Source: Eledone cirrhosa
Taxonomy: Eukaryota
Assembly: GCA_964016885.1 (NCBI GenBank)
Contig: OZ024741.1
Location: forward strand, 132,308,001-132,372,000
Direction: 5' to 3'
DNA length: 64,000 nt
Part shown: one piece after another, positions 39,985-53,500 of the stretch
Layout of the letters: each line of letters opens with the position of its first letter
Numbering within the stretch: the first letter of the stretch is position 1
Translations under genes and position numbers: made by a program
Notes under the pieces: generated by a model
Seen by the model: only the letters and a program-made list of their open reading frames with translations
The model's database searches: none
What the model was told of the DNA's origin: nothing

Positions 39985-40350
39985 TAATATATGCAGTAAG
40001 AAACACAGTAAATCGTGCGTCTAATATTACACCTCAATAACTATTATATCTTTCGGACAGATTAAGGATTAATCTGTTTCGTTAGTACTAGGTGCTTGTC
40101 GCATTTAATCAGATTCTCTCGCTGATGATGCCCGTGGATTATCTGTTACAAACACACTGAGGGTGAAACAGATTAATCCCTAATCTGTCCGAGAGATATA
40201 ATAGTTATTGAGGCGGTTTATATAATATAATTTTATTTTATTTTATCATTCCGTCTGCTTCATGGTTAAATATTTCAAACAAATGTGGTTCTTCAACCCT
40301 CGTAATATTAGACGCACGATTTACTGTGTTTCTTACTACATATATTATTA
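39984..40350. mobile_element. Fold-back hammerhead element
   Basis: 39984-40030 mirrors 40302-40349, and 40032-40080 mirrors 40165-40213. The left copy is truncated exactly at GAAAC. Confidence 0.85.
40115..40196 (+). ncRNA. Canonical type-I hammerhead ribozyme
   Basis: tctctcg-CTGATGA(40122-40128)-tgccc...gggt-GAAAC-agatta-atccc-taatct-GTC(40187-40189)-cgagaga. Stem I is 7 bp and stem III is complete. Confidence 0.88.
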
Positions 40351-40390
40351 TAATATATTATAATATATTATAATATATTATTTATACTTT

Positions 40391-40580
40391 GAGCGGTGGA
40401 TTGGCAGTATCGGTGGAGGGTCGCACGCCATGCTTTCCAGCATAGTTGCGTCCCTTTACGATCAGAGTTCAAATCCCGCCGAGGTTGACTTTGCCTTTCA
40501 TCCTTACGGGGTCGATAAAATAGAGTACCAGTAATGCACTGGGTATTTGCTGGCCTTGTGCCTAAAGTAGAAACAATTAT
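40391..40580 (+). mobile_element. Full-length SINE with TSD
   Basis: attatttatactttgagc is duplicated at ~40377 and ~40576. Confidence 0.9.
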
Positions 40581-40643
40581 TTATACTTTGAGCTTGTTAA
40601 TTACAGGGTTTCAGTATGAGTTATTAACTCTAACTTTCATTTA

Positions 40644-40751
<108 letters not shown>

Positions 40752-41597
40752 AAGAAGTGCGCTAGAATCCGAAGTATACGATAAAGTTCTAACTGTATAC
40801 ATACTGAGTGGGTAACCTAGACATCACCAATATGTATACAAATATACAGAAATTTAATATGTAGGTATATAAGCATTTCCCAGTAAATTGAAAAAAAAAG
40901 GATAAACATCTTTAATCGATTTTCGAACCTAATTGAGTCTTCAGCAGAATGCGTGTGTATCATCCAAACAAATACAAATAAGTATAGTGGTATCACCCAC
41001 TTTGAGAACCTCTGATCTAGACTAAGCCGTAAACAACAGTTCAATTTCTGTTTCCATCAATTTGATGTGATTCACCGTCATGGTTCTTCTAAGCGTCCTA
41101 ATCGCCCTTTAAACCACCTCCACACACGAACTGAATGCGCACTCATACTTATCTGCTTCTTCACATTACCGTGTCTCTCCTTACTCTGTTTGCACAACAG
41201 CCATGCCTTAACAAGACGTCTAAGTAACTATATACACACTGCCTAAGCAACTAAATACAAACTCAGCAAAGTTGTATATACTTTGTGGTCAACTCTCTTC
41301 CATTTCGTGTATTTTCCCTACATTTGCTGTCTCAGTCTATAAAATGGCTTCTGTACATCTGCACTGACTTGTCATATCACATTTCAGTCACACTTGATTC
41401 TTCTCGTAAACCATAATGTGCCTGTTCCTATACACTTTGCATTAAACACTTCACCCTGTCCTCCCTTCAAAGAACGACGGCTCTCAGGAAATCCCAGCTC
41501 GGTCATGTTTTTTTTTGTTTTGTTTTTTCCTGAAAACGTCGACATTCAGTTGTTGAAGAGGGACATCAGCCTTATCGATATATTCACTCTTAGGAGA

Positions 41598-44500
41598 CAA
41601 GCTGAGTCTATGGACCGAGGTCTTTTTACTAGATAATTCAGTTAAACAACCTACACTGAGGCTATGGACTGAGGTCTTTTTACTAGATAATTCAGTTAAA
41701 CAACCTACACTGAGGCTATGGACTGAGGTCTTTTTACTAGATAATTCAGTTAAACAACCTACACTGAGGCTATGGACTGAGGTCTTTTTACTAGATAATT
41801 CAGTTAAACAAGCCACACTGAGGCTATGGACTGACGTCTTTTTACTAGATAATTCAGTTAAACAAGCCACACTGAGGCTATGGACTGACGTCTTCTAACT
41901 AGATAATTCAGTTAAACAAGCCAGACTGAGGCTATGGACTGACGTCTTTTTACTGGATAATTCAGTTAAACAAGCCACACTGAGGCTATGGACTGACGTC
42001 TTTTTACTGGATAATTCAGTTAAACAAGCCACACTGAGGCTATGGACTGACGTCTTTTCACTAGATAATTTAGTTAAACAAGCCACACTGAGGCTATGGA
42101 CTGACGTCTTTTCACTAGATAATTCAGTTAAACAAGCCACACTGAGGCTATGGACTGACGTCTTTTCACTGGATAATTCAGTTAAACAAGCCACACTGAG
42201 GCTATGGTCTGACGTCTTTTCACTAGATAATTCAGTTAAACAAGCCACACTGAGGCTATGGACTGACGTCTTTTCACTGGATAATTCAGTTAAACAAGCC
42301 ACACTGAGGCTATGGTCTGACGTCTTTTCACTAGATAATTCAGTTAAACAAGCCACCCTGAGGCTATGGACTGACGTCTTTTCACTAGATAATTCAGTTA
42401 AACAAGCCACACTGAGGCTATGGACTGACGTCTTTTTACTAGATAATTCAGTTAAACAAGCCGCACTGAGGCTATGGTCTGACGTCTTTTCACTAGATAA
42501 TTCAGTTAAACAAGCCACACTGAGGCTATGGACTGACGTCTTTTTACTAGATAATTCAGTTAAACAAGCCACACTGAGGCTATGGTCTGACGTCTTTTCA
42601 CTAGATAATTCAGTTAAACAAGCCACACTGAGGCTATGGACTGACGTCTTTTTACTAGATAATTCAGTTAAACAAGCCACACTGAGGCTATGGTCTGACG
42701 CCTTTTCACTAGATAATTCAGTTAAACAAGCCACACTGAAGCTATGGTCTGACGTCTTTTCACTAGATAATTCAGTTAAACAAGCCACACTGAGGCTATG
42801 GACTGACGTCTTTTTACTAGATAATTCAGTTAAACAAGCCAGACTGAGGCTATGGACTGACGTCTTTTTACTAGATAATTCAGTTAAACAAGCCGCACTG
42901 AGGCTATGGTCTGACGTCTTTTCACTAGATAATTCAGTTAAACAAACCACACTGAGGCTATGGACTGACGTCTTTTTACTAGATAATTCAGTTAAACCAG
43001 CCACACTGAGGCTATGGTCTGACGTCTTTTCACTAGATAATTCAGTTAAACAAGCCACACTGAGGCTATGGTCTGACGCCTTTTCACTAGATTATTCAGT
43101 TAAACAAGCCACACTGAGGCTATGGACTGACGTCTTTTCACTGGATAATTCAGTTAAACAAGCCACACTGAGGCTATGGACTGACGTCTTTTCACTAGAT
43201 AATTCAGTTAAACAAGCCACCCTGAGGCTATGGACTGACGTCTTTTCACTAGATAATTCAGTTAAACAAGCCACACTGAGGCTATGGACTGACGTCTTTT
43301 TACTAGATAATTCAGTTAAACAAGCCGCACTGAGGCTATGGTCTGACGTCTTTTCACTAGATAATTCAGTTAAACAAGCCACACTGAGTCTATGGACTGA
43401 CGTCTTTTTACTAGATAATTCAGTTAAACAAGCCACACTGAGGCTATGGTCTGACGTCTTTTCACTAGATAATTCAGTTAAACAAGCCACACTGAGGCTA
43501 TGGACTGACGTCTTTTTACTAGATAATTCAGTTAAACAAGCCACACTGAGGCTATGGTCTGACGCCTTTTCACTAGATAATTCAGTTAAACAAGCCACAC
43601 TGAGGCTATGGTCTGACGTCTTTTCACTAGATAATTCAGTTAAACAAGCCACACTGAGGCTATGGTCTGACGTCTTTTCATTAGATAATTCAGTTAAACA
43701 AGCCGCACTGAGGCTATGGACTGACGTCTTTTTACTAGATAATTCAGTTAAACAAGCCACACTGAGGCTATGGTCTGACGTCTTTTCACTAGATAATTCA
43801 GTAAAACAAGCCACACTGAGGCTATGGACTGACGTCTTTTTACTAGATAATTCAGTTAAACAAGCCACACTGAGGCTATGGACTGACGTCTTTTTACTAG
43901 ATAATTCAGTTAAACAAGCCGCACTGAGGCTATGGTCTCACGACTTTTCACTACATAATTCAGTTAAACAAGCCACACTGAGGCTATGGACTGACGTCTT
44001 TTTACTAGATAATTCAGTTAAACCAGCCACACTGAGGCTATGGTCTGACGTCTTTTCACTAGATAATTCAGTTAAACAAGCCACACTGAGGCTATGGACT
44101 GACGTCTTTTTACTAGATAATTCAGTTAAACAAGCCACACTGAGGCTATGGACTGACGTCTTTTCACTAGATAATTCAGTTCAACAAGCCGCACCGAGGC
44201 TATGGACTGACATCTTTTCACTAGATAATTCAGTTAAACAAGCCACACTGAGGCTATGGACTGACGTCTTTTTACTAGATAATTCAGTTAAACAAGCCAC
44301 ACTGAGGCTATGGTCTGACGTCTTTTCACTAGATAATTCAGTTAAACAAGCCACACTGAGGCTATGGACTGACGTCTTTTCATTAGATAATTCAGTTAAA
44401 CAAGCCGCACTGAGGCTATGGACTGACGTCTTTTTACTAGATAATTCAGTTAAACAAGCCACACTGAGGCTATGGTCTGACGTCTTTTCACTAGATAATT

Positions 44501-47500
44501 CAGTTAAACAAGCCACACTGAGGCTATGGACTGACATCTTTTTACTAGATAATTCAGTTAAAGAAGCCACACTGAAGCTAAGGTCTGACGTCTTTTTACT
44601 AGATAATTCAGTTAAACAAGCCACACTGAGGCTATGGACTGACATCTTTTTACTAGATAACTCATTTAAACAAGCCACACTGGAGCTATGGTCTGACGTC
44701 TTTTTACTAGATAATTCAGTTAAACAGGCCTCACTGAGGCTATGGGCTGACGTCTTTTTACTACATAATTCAGTTAAGCAAGCCACACTGAGGCTATGGA
44801 CTGACGTCTTTTTACTAGATAATTCAGTTAAACAAGCCAGACTGAGGCTATGGACTGACGTCTTTTTACTAGATAATTCAGTTAAACAAGCCACACTGGG
44901 GCTATGGTCTGACGCCTTTTTACTAGATAATTCAGTTAAACAAGCCAGACTGAGGCTATGGACTGACGTCTTTTCACTAGATAATTCAGTTAAACAAGCC
45001 ACCCTGAGGCTATGGACTGACGTCTTTTCACTAGATAATTCAGTTAAACAAGCCACACTGAGGCTATGGACTGACGTCTTTTTACTAGATAATTCAGTTA
45101 AACAAGCCGCACTGAGGCTATGGTCTGACGTCTTTTCACTAGATAATTCAGTTAAACAAGCCACACTGAGGCTATGGACTGACGTCTTTTTACTAGATAA
45201 TTCAGTTAAACAAGCCACACTGAGGCTATGGTCTGACGTCTTTTCACTAGATAATTCAGTTAAACAAGCCACACTGAGGCTATGGACTGACGTCTTTTTA
45301 CTAGATAATTCAGTTAAACAAGCCACACTGAGGCTATGGTCTGACGCCTTTTCACTAGATAATTCAGTTAAACAAGCCACACTGAGGCTAAGGACTGACG
45401 TCTTTTTACTAGATAATTCAGTTAAACAAGCCACACTGAGGCTATGGACTGACGTCTTTTTACTAGATAATTCAGTTAAACAAGCCACACTGAGGCTATG
45501 GTCTGACGTCTTTTCACTAGATAATTCAGTTAAACAAGCCACACTGAGGCTATGGACTGACGTCTTTTCATTAGATAATTCAGTGAAACAAGCCGCACTG
45601 AGGCTATGGACTGACGTCTTTTTACTAGATAATTCAGTTAAACAAGCCACACTGAGGCTATGGTCTGACGTCTTTTTACTAGATAATTCAGTTAAACAAG
45701 CCACACTGAGGCTATGGACTGACATCTTTTTACTAGATAATTCAGTTAAACAAGCCACACTGAAGCTATGGTCTGACGTCTTTTTACTAGATAATTCAGT
45801 TAAACAAGCCACACTGAGGCTATGGACTGACATCTTTTTACTAGATAACTCAGTTAAACAAGCCACACTGGAGCTATGGTCTGACGTCTTTTTACTAGAT
45901 AATTCAGTTAAACAAGCCACACTGAGGCTATGGCCTGACGTCTTTTTACTAGATAATTCAGTTAAACAAGCCACACTGAGGCTATGGACTGGCGTCTTTT
46001 TACTAGATAATTCAGTTAAACAAGCCAGACTGAGGCTATGGACTGACGTCTTTTTACTAGATAATTCAGTTAAACAAGCCGCACTGAGGCTATGGTCTGA
46101 CGTCTTTTTACTAGATAATTCAGTTAAACCAGCCACACTGAGGCTATGGTCTGACGTCTTTTCACTAGATAATTCAGTTAAACAAGCCACACTGAGGCTA
46201 TGGTCTGACGCCTTTTCACTAGATAATTCAGTTGAACAAGCCACACTGAGGCTATGGACTGACGTCTCTTTACTAGATAATTCAGTTAAACAAGCCACAC
46301 TAAGGCTATGGACTGACGTCTTTTTACTAGATAATTCAGTTAAACAAGCCGCACCGAGGCTATGGACTGACATCTTTTTACTAGGTAATTCAGTTAAACA
46401 AGCCACACTGAGGCTATGGACTGACGTCTTTTTACTAGATAATTCAGTTAAACAAGCCACACTGAGGCTATGGTCTGACGTCTTTTCACTAGATAATTCA
46501 GTTAAACAAGCCACACTGAGGCTATGGACTGACGTCTTTTTATTAGATAATTCAGTTAAACAAGCCACACTGAGGCTATGGTCTGACGTCTTTTTACTAG
46601 ATAATTCAGTTAAACAAGCCACACTGAAGCTATGGTCTGACGTCTTTTTACTAGATAATTCAGTTAAACAAGCCACACTGAGGCTATGGACTGACATCTT
46701 TTTACTAGATAATTCAGTTAAACAAGCCACACTGAAGCTATGGTCTGACGTCTTTTTACTAGATAATTCAGTTAAACAAGCCACACTGAGGCTATGGACT
46801 GACATCTTTTTACTAGATAATTCAGTTAAAGAAGCCACACTGAAGCTATGGTCTGACGTCTTTTTACTAGATAATTCAGTTAAACAAGCCACACTGAGGC
46901 TATGGACTGACATCTTTTTACTAGATAACTCAGTTAAACAAGCCACACTGGAGCTATGGTCTGACGTCTTTTTACTAGATAATTCAGTTAAACAAGCCAC
47001 ACTGAGGCTATGGGCTGACGTCTTTTTACTAGATAATTCAGTTAAGCAAGCCACACTGAGGCTATGGACTGACGTCTTTTTACTAGCTAATTCAGTTAAA
47101 CAAGCCAGACTGAGGCTATGGACTGACGTTTTTTTACTAGATAATTCAGTTAAACAAGCCACACTGAGGCTATGGACTGACATCTTTTTACTAGATAATT
47201 CAGTTAAAGAAGCCACACTGAAGCTATGGTCTGACGTCTTTTTACTAGATAATTCAGTTAAACAAGCCACACTGGAGCTATGGTCTGACGTCTTTTTACT
47301 AGATAATTCAGTTAAACAAGCCACACTGAGGCTATGGACTGACGTCTTTTTACTAGATAATTCAGTTAAACAAGCCTCACTGAGGCTATGGACTGACGTC
47401 TTTTTACTAGATAATTCAGTTAAACAAGCCGCACCGAGGCTATGGACTGACGTCTTTTCACTAGATAATTCAGTTAAACAAGCCACACTGAGGCTATGGT

Positions 47501-50500
47501 CTGACGTCTTTTCACTAGATAATTCAGTTAAACAAGCCAGACTGAGGCTATGGACTGACGTCTTTTCACTAGATAATTCAGTTAAACAAGCCACACTGAG
47601 GCTATGGCCTGACGTCTTTTTACTAGATAATTCAGTTAAACAAGCCACACTGAGGCTATGGACTGACGTCTTTTTACTAGATAATTCAGTTAAACAAGCC
47701 AGACTGAGGCTATGGACTGACGTCTTTTTACTAGATAATTCAGTTAAACAAGCCACACTGGGGCTATGGTCTGACGCCTTTTTACTAGATAATTCAGTTA
47801 AACAAGCCAGACTGAGGCTATGGACTGACGTCTTTTCACTAGATAATTCAGTTAAACAAGCCACACTGAGGCTATGGACTGACGTCTTTTTACTAGATAA
47901 TTCAGTTAAACAAGCCGCACTGAGGCTATGGTCTGACGTCTTTTCACTAGATAATTCAGTTAAACAAGCCACACTGAGTCTATGGACTGACGACTTTTTA
48001 CTAGATAATTCAGTTAAACAAGCCACACTGGGGCTATGGTCTGACGCCTTTTTACTAGATAATTCAGTTAAACAAGCCACACTGAGGCTATGGTCTAACG
48101 TCTTTTCACTAGATAATTCAGATAAACAAGCCACACTGAGGCTATGGACTGACGTCTTTTTACTAGATAATTCAGTTAAACAAGCCACAATGAGGCTATG
48201 GTCTGACGTCTTTTCACTAGATAATTCAGTTAAACAAGCCACACTGAGGCTATGGACTGACGTCTTTTTACTAGATAATTCAGTTAAACAAGCCACACTG
48301 AGGCTATGGACTGACGTCTTTTTACTAGATAATTCAGTTAAACAAGCCGCACCGAGGCTATGGACTGACGTCTTTTCACTAGATAATTTAGTTAAACAAG
48401 CCACACTGAGGCTATGGTCTGACGTCTTTTCACTAGATAATTCAGTTAAACAAGCCACACTGAGGCTATGGACTGACGTCTTTTTACTAGATAATTCAGT
48501 TAAACAAGCCTCACTGAGGTTATGGACTGACGTCTTTTTACTAGATAATTCAGTTAAACAAGCCGCACCGAGGCTATGGACTGACGTCTTTTCACTATAT
48601 AATTCAGTTAAACAAGCCACACTGAGGCTATGGTCTGACGTCTTTTCACTAGATAATTCAGTTAAACAAGCCAGACTGAGGCTATGGACTGACGTCTTTT
48701 CAATAGATAATTCAGTTAAACAAGCCACACTGAGGCTATGGCCTGACGTCTTTTTACTAGATAATTCAGTTAAACAAGCCACACTGAGGCTATGGACTGA
48801 CGTCTTTTTACTAGATAATTCAGTTAAACAAGCCGCACCGAGGCTATGGACTGACGTCTTTTCACTATATAATTCAGTTAAACAAGCCACACTGAGGCTA
48901 TGGTCTGACGTCTTTTCACTAGATAATTCAGTTAAACAAGCCAGACTGAGGCTATGGACTGACGTCTTTTCAATAGATAATTCAGTTAAACAAGCCACAC
49001 TGAGGCTATGGTCTGACGTCTTTTTACTAGATAATTCAGTTAAACAAGCCACACTGAGGCTATGGACTGACATCTTTTTACTAGATAATTCAGTTAAACA
49101 AGCCACACTGAAGCTATGGTCTGACGTCTTTTTACTAGATAATTCAGTTAAACAAGCCACACTGAGGCTATGGACTGACATCTTTTTACTAGATAACTCA
49201 GTTAAACAAGCCACACTGGAGCTATGGTCTGACGTCTTTTTACTAGATAATTCAGTTAAACAAGCCACACTGAGGCTATGGCCTGACGTCTTTTTACTAG
49301 ATAATTCAGTTAAACAAGCCACACTGAGGCTATGGACTGGCGTCTTTTTACTAGATAATTCAGTTAAACAAGCCAGACTGAGGCTATGGACTGACGTCTT
49401 TTTACTAGATAATTCAGTTAAACAAGCCGCACTGAGGCTATGGTCTGACGTCTTTTTACTAGATAATTCAGTTAAACCAGCCACACTGAGGCTATGGTCT
49501 GACGTCTTTTCACTAGATAATTCAGTTAAACAAGCCACACTGAGGCTATGGTCTGACGCCTTTTCACTAGATAATTCAGTTGAACAAGCCACACTGAGGC
49601 TATGGACTGACGTCTCTTTACTAGATAATTCAGTTAAACAAGCCACACTGAGGCTATGGACTGACGTCTTTTTACTAGATAATTCAGTTAAACAAGCCGC
49701 ACCGAGGCTATGGACTGACATCTTTTTACTAGGTAATTCAGTTAAACAAGCCACACTGAGGCTATGGACTGACGTCTTTTTACTAGATAATTCAGTTAAA
49801 CAAGCCGCACTGAGGCTATGGACTGACGTCTTTTTACTAGATAATTCAGTTAAACAAGCCACACTGAGGCTATGGTCTGACGTCTTTTCACTAGATAATT
49901 CAGTTAAACAAGCCACACTGAGGCTATGGACTGACGTCTTTTTATTAGATAATTCTGTTAAACAAGCCACACTGAGGCTATGGTCTGACGTCTTTTTACT
50001 AGATAATTCAGTTAAACAAGCCACACTGAAGCTATGGTCTGACGTCTTTTTACTAGATAATTCAGTTAAACAAGCCACACTGAGGCTATGGACTGACATC
50101 TTTTTACTAGATAATTCAGTTAAACAAGCCACACTGAAGCTATGGTCTGACGTCTTTTTACTAGATAATTCAGTTAAACAAGCCACACTGAGGCTATGGA
50201 CTGACATCTTTTTACTAGATAATTCAGTTAAAGAAGCCACACTGAAGCTATGGTCTGACGTCTTTTTACTAGATAATTCAGTTAAACAAGCCACACTGAG
50301 GCTATGGACTGACATCTTTTTACTAGATAACTCAGTTAAACAAGCCACACTGGAGCTATGGTCTGACGTCTTTTTACTAGATAATTCAGTTAAACAAGCC
50401 ACACTGAGGCTATGGGCTGACGTCTTTTTACTAGATAATTCAGTTAAGCAAGCCACACTGAGGCTATGGACTGACGTCTTTTTACTAGCTAATTCAGTTA

Positions 50501-53500
50501 AACAAGCCAGACTGAGGCTATGGACTGACGTTTTTTTACTAGATAATTCAGTTAAACAAGCCACACTGAGGCTATGGACTGACATCTTTTTACTAGATAA
50601 TTCAGTTAAAGAAGCCACACTGAAGCTATGGTCTGACGTCTTTTTACTAGATAATTCAGTTAAACAAGCCACACTGGAGCTATGGTCTGACGTCTTTTTA
50701 CTAGATAATTCAGTTAAACAAGCCACACTGAGGCTATGGACTGACGTCTTTTTACTAGATAATTCAGTTAAACAAGCCTCACTGAGGCTATGGACTGACG
50801 TCTTTTTACTAGATAATTCAGTTAAACAAGCCGCACCGAGGCTATGGACTGACGTCTTTTCACTAGATAATTCAGTTAAACAAGCCACACTGAGGCTATG
50901 GTCTGACGTCTTTTCACTAGATAATTCAGTTAAACAAGCCAGACTGAGGCTATGGACTGACGTCTTTTCACTAGATAATTCAGTTAAACAAGCCACACTG
51001 AGGCTATGGCCTGACGTCTTTTTACTAGATAATTCAGTTAAACAAGCCACACTGAGGCTATGGACTGACGTCTTTTTACTAGATAATTCAGTTAAACAAG
51101 CCAGACTGAGGCTATGGACTGACGTCTTTTTACTAGATAATTCAGTTAAACAAGCCACACTGGGGCTATGGTCTGACGCCTTTTTACTAGATAATTCAGT
51201 TAAACAAGCCAGACTGAGGCTATGGACTGACGTCTTTTCACTAGATAATTCAGTTAAACAAGCCACACTGAGGCTATGGACTGACGTCTTTTTACTAGAT
51301 AATTCAGTTAAACAAGCCGCACTGAGGCTATGGTCTGACGTCTTTTCACTAGATAATTCAGTTAAACAAGCCACACTGAGTCTATGGACTGACGACTTTT
51401 TACTAGATAATTCAGTTAAACAAGCCACACTGGGGCTATGGTCTGACGCCTTTTTACTAGATAATTCAGTTAAACAAGCCACACTGAGGCTATGGTCTAA
51501 CGTCTTTTCACTAGATAATTCAGATAAACAAGCCACACTGAGGCTATGGACTGACGTCTTTTTACTAGATAATTCAGTTAAACAAGCCACAATGAGGCTA
51601 TGGTCTGACGTCTTTTCATTAGATAATTCAGTTAAACAAGCCACACTGAGGCTATGGACTGACGTCTTTTTACTAGATAATTCAGTTAAACAAGCCACAC
51701 TGAGGCTATGGACTGACGTCTTTTTACTAGATAATTCAGTTAAACAAGCCGCACCGAGGCTATGGACTGACGTCTTTTCACTAGATAATTTAGTTAAACA
51801 AGCCACACTGAGGCTATGGTCTGACGTCTTTTCACTAGATAATTCAGTTAAACAAGCCACACTGAGGCTATGGACTGACGTCTTTTTACTAGATAATTCA
51901 GTTAAACAAGCCTCACTGAGGTTATGGACTGACGTCTTTTTACTAGATAATTCAGTTAAACAAGCCGCACCGAGGCTATGGACTGACGTCTTTTCACTAT
52001 ATAATTCAGTTAAACAAGCCACACTGAGGCTATGGTCTGACGTCTTTTCACTAGATAATTCAGTTAAACAAGCCAGACTGAGGCTATGGACTGACGTCTT
52101 TTCAATAGATAATTCAGTTAAACAAGCCACACTGAGGCTATGGCCTGACGTCTTTTTACTAGATAATTCAGTTAAACAAGCCACACTGAGGCTATGGACT
52201 GACGTCTTTTTACTAGATAATTCAGTTAAACAAGCCAGACTGAGGCTATGGACTGACGTCTTTTTACTAGAAAATTCAGTTAAACAAGCCACACTGGGGC
52301 TATGGTCTGACGCCTTTTTACTAGATAATTCAGTTAAACAAGCCAGACTGAGGCTATGGACTGACGTCTTTTCACTAGATAATTCAGTTAAACAAGCCAC
52401 ACTGAGGCTATTTACTGACGTCTTTTTACTAGATAATTCAGTTAAACAAGCAGCACTGAGGCTATGGTCTGACGTCTTTTCACTAGATAATTCAGTTAAA
52501 CAAGCCACACTGAGGCTATGGACTGACGTCTTTTTACTAGATAATTCAGTTAAACAAGCCACACTGAGGCTATGGTCTGACGTCTTTTCACTAGTTAATT
52601 CAGATAAACAAGCCACACTGAGGCTATGGACTGACGTCTTTTTACTAGATAATTCAGTTAAATAAGCCACAATGAGGCTATGGTCTGACGTCTTTTCACT
52701 AGATAATTCAGTTAAACAAGCCACACTGAGTCTATGGACTGACGTCTTTTTACTAGATAATTCAGTTAAACAAGCCTCACTGAGGCTATGGACTGACGTC
52801 TTTTTACTAGATAATTCAGTTAAACAAGCCGCACCGAGGCTATGGACTGACGTCTTTTCACTAGATAATTCAGTTAAACAAGCCACACTGAGGCTATGGT
52901 CTGACGTCTTTTCACTAGATAATTCAGTTAAACAAGCCGCACTGAGGCTATGGACTGACGTCTTTTTACTGATAATTCAATTAAACAAGCCACACTGAGG
53001 CTATGGTCTGACGTCTTTTCACTAGATAATTCAGTTAAACAAGCCGCACCGAGGCTATGGACTGACGTCTTTTTACTAGAAAATTCAGTTAAACAAGTCA
53101 CACTGAGGCTATGGACTGGCGTCTTTTTACTAGATAATTCAGTTAAACAAGCCACACTGAGGCTATGGTCTGACGTCTTTTCACTAGATAATTCAGTTAA
53201 ACAAGCCACACTGAGGCTATGGACTGACGTCTTTTTACTAGATAATTCAGTTAAACAAGCCACACTGAGGCTATGGTCTGACGTCTTTTCACTACATAAT
53301 TCAGTTAAACAAGCCACACTGAGGCTATGGACTGACATCTTTTTACTAGATAACTCAGTTAAACAAGCCACACTGGAGCTATGGTCTGACGTCTTTTTAC
53401 TAGATAATTCAGTTAAACAAGCCACACTGAGGCTATGGCCTGACGTCTTTTTACTAGATAATACAGTTAAACAAGCCACACTGAGGCTATGGACTGACGT

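Noticed and set aside
40995-41022. hAT-like TIR end (tttgagaacctctg-atctagac); also cagtggtttttcaa at ~960
   Set aside because: Solitary ends with no partner TIR or matching TSD, so no element can be delimited.
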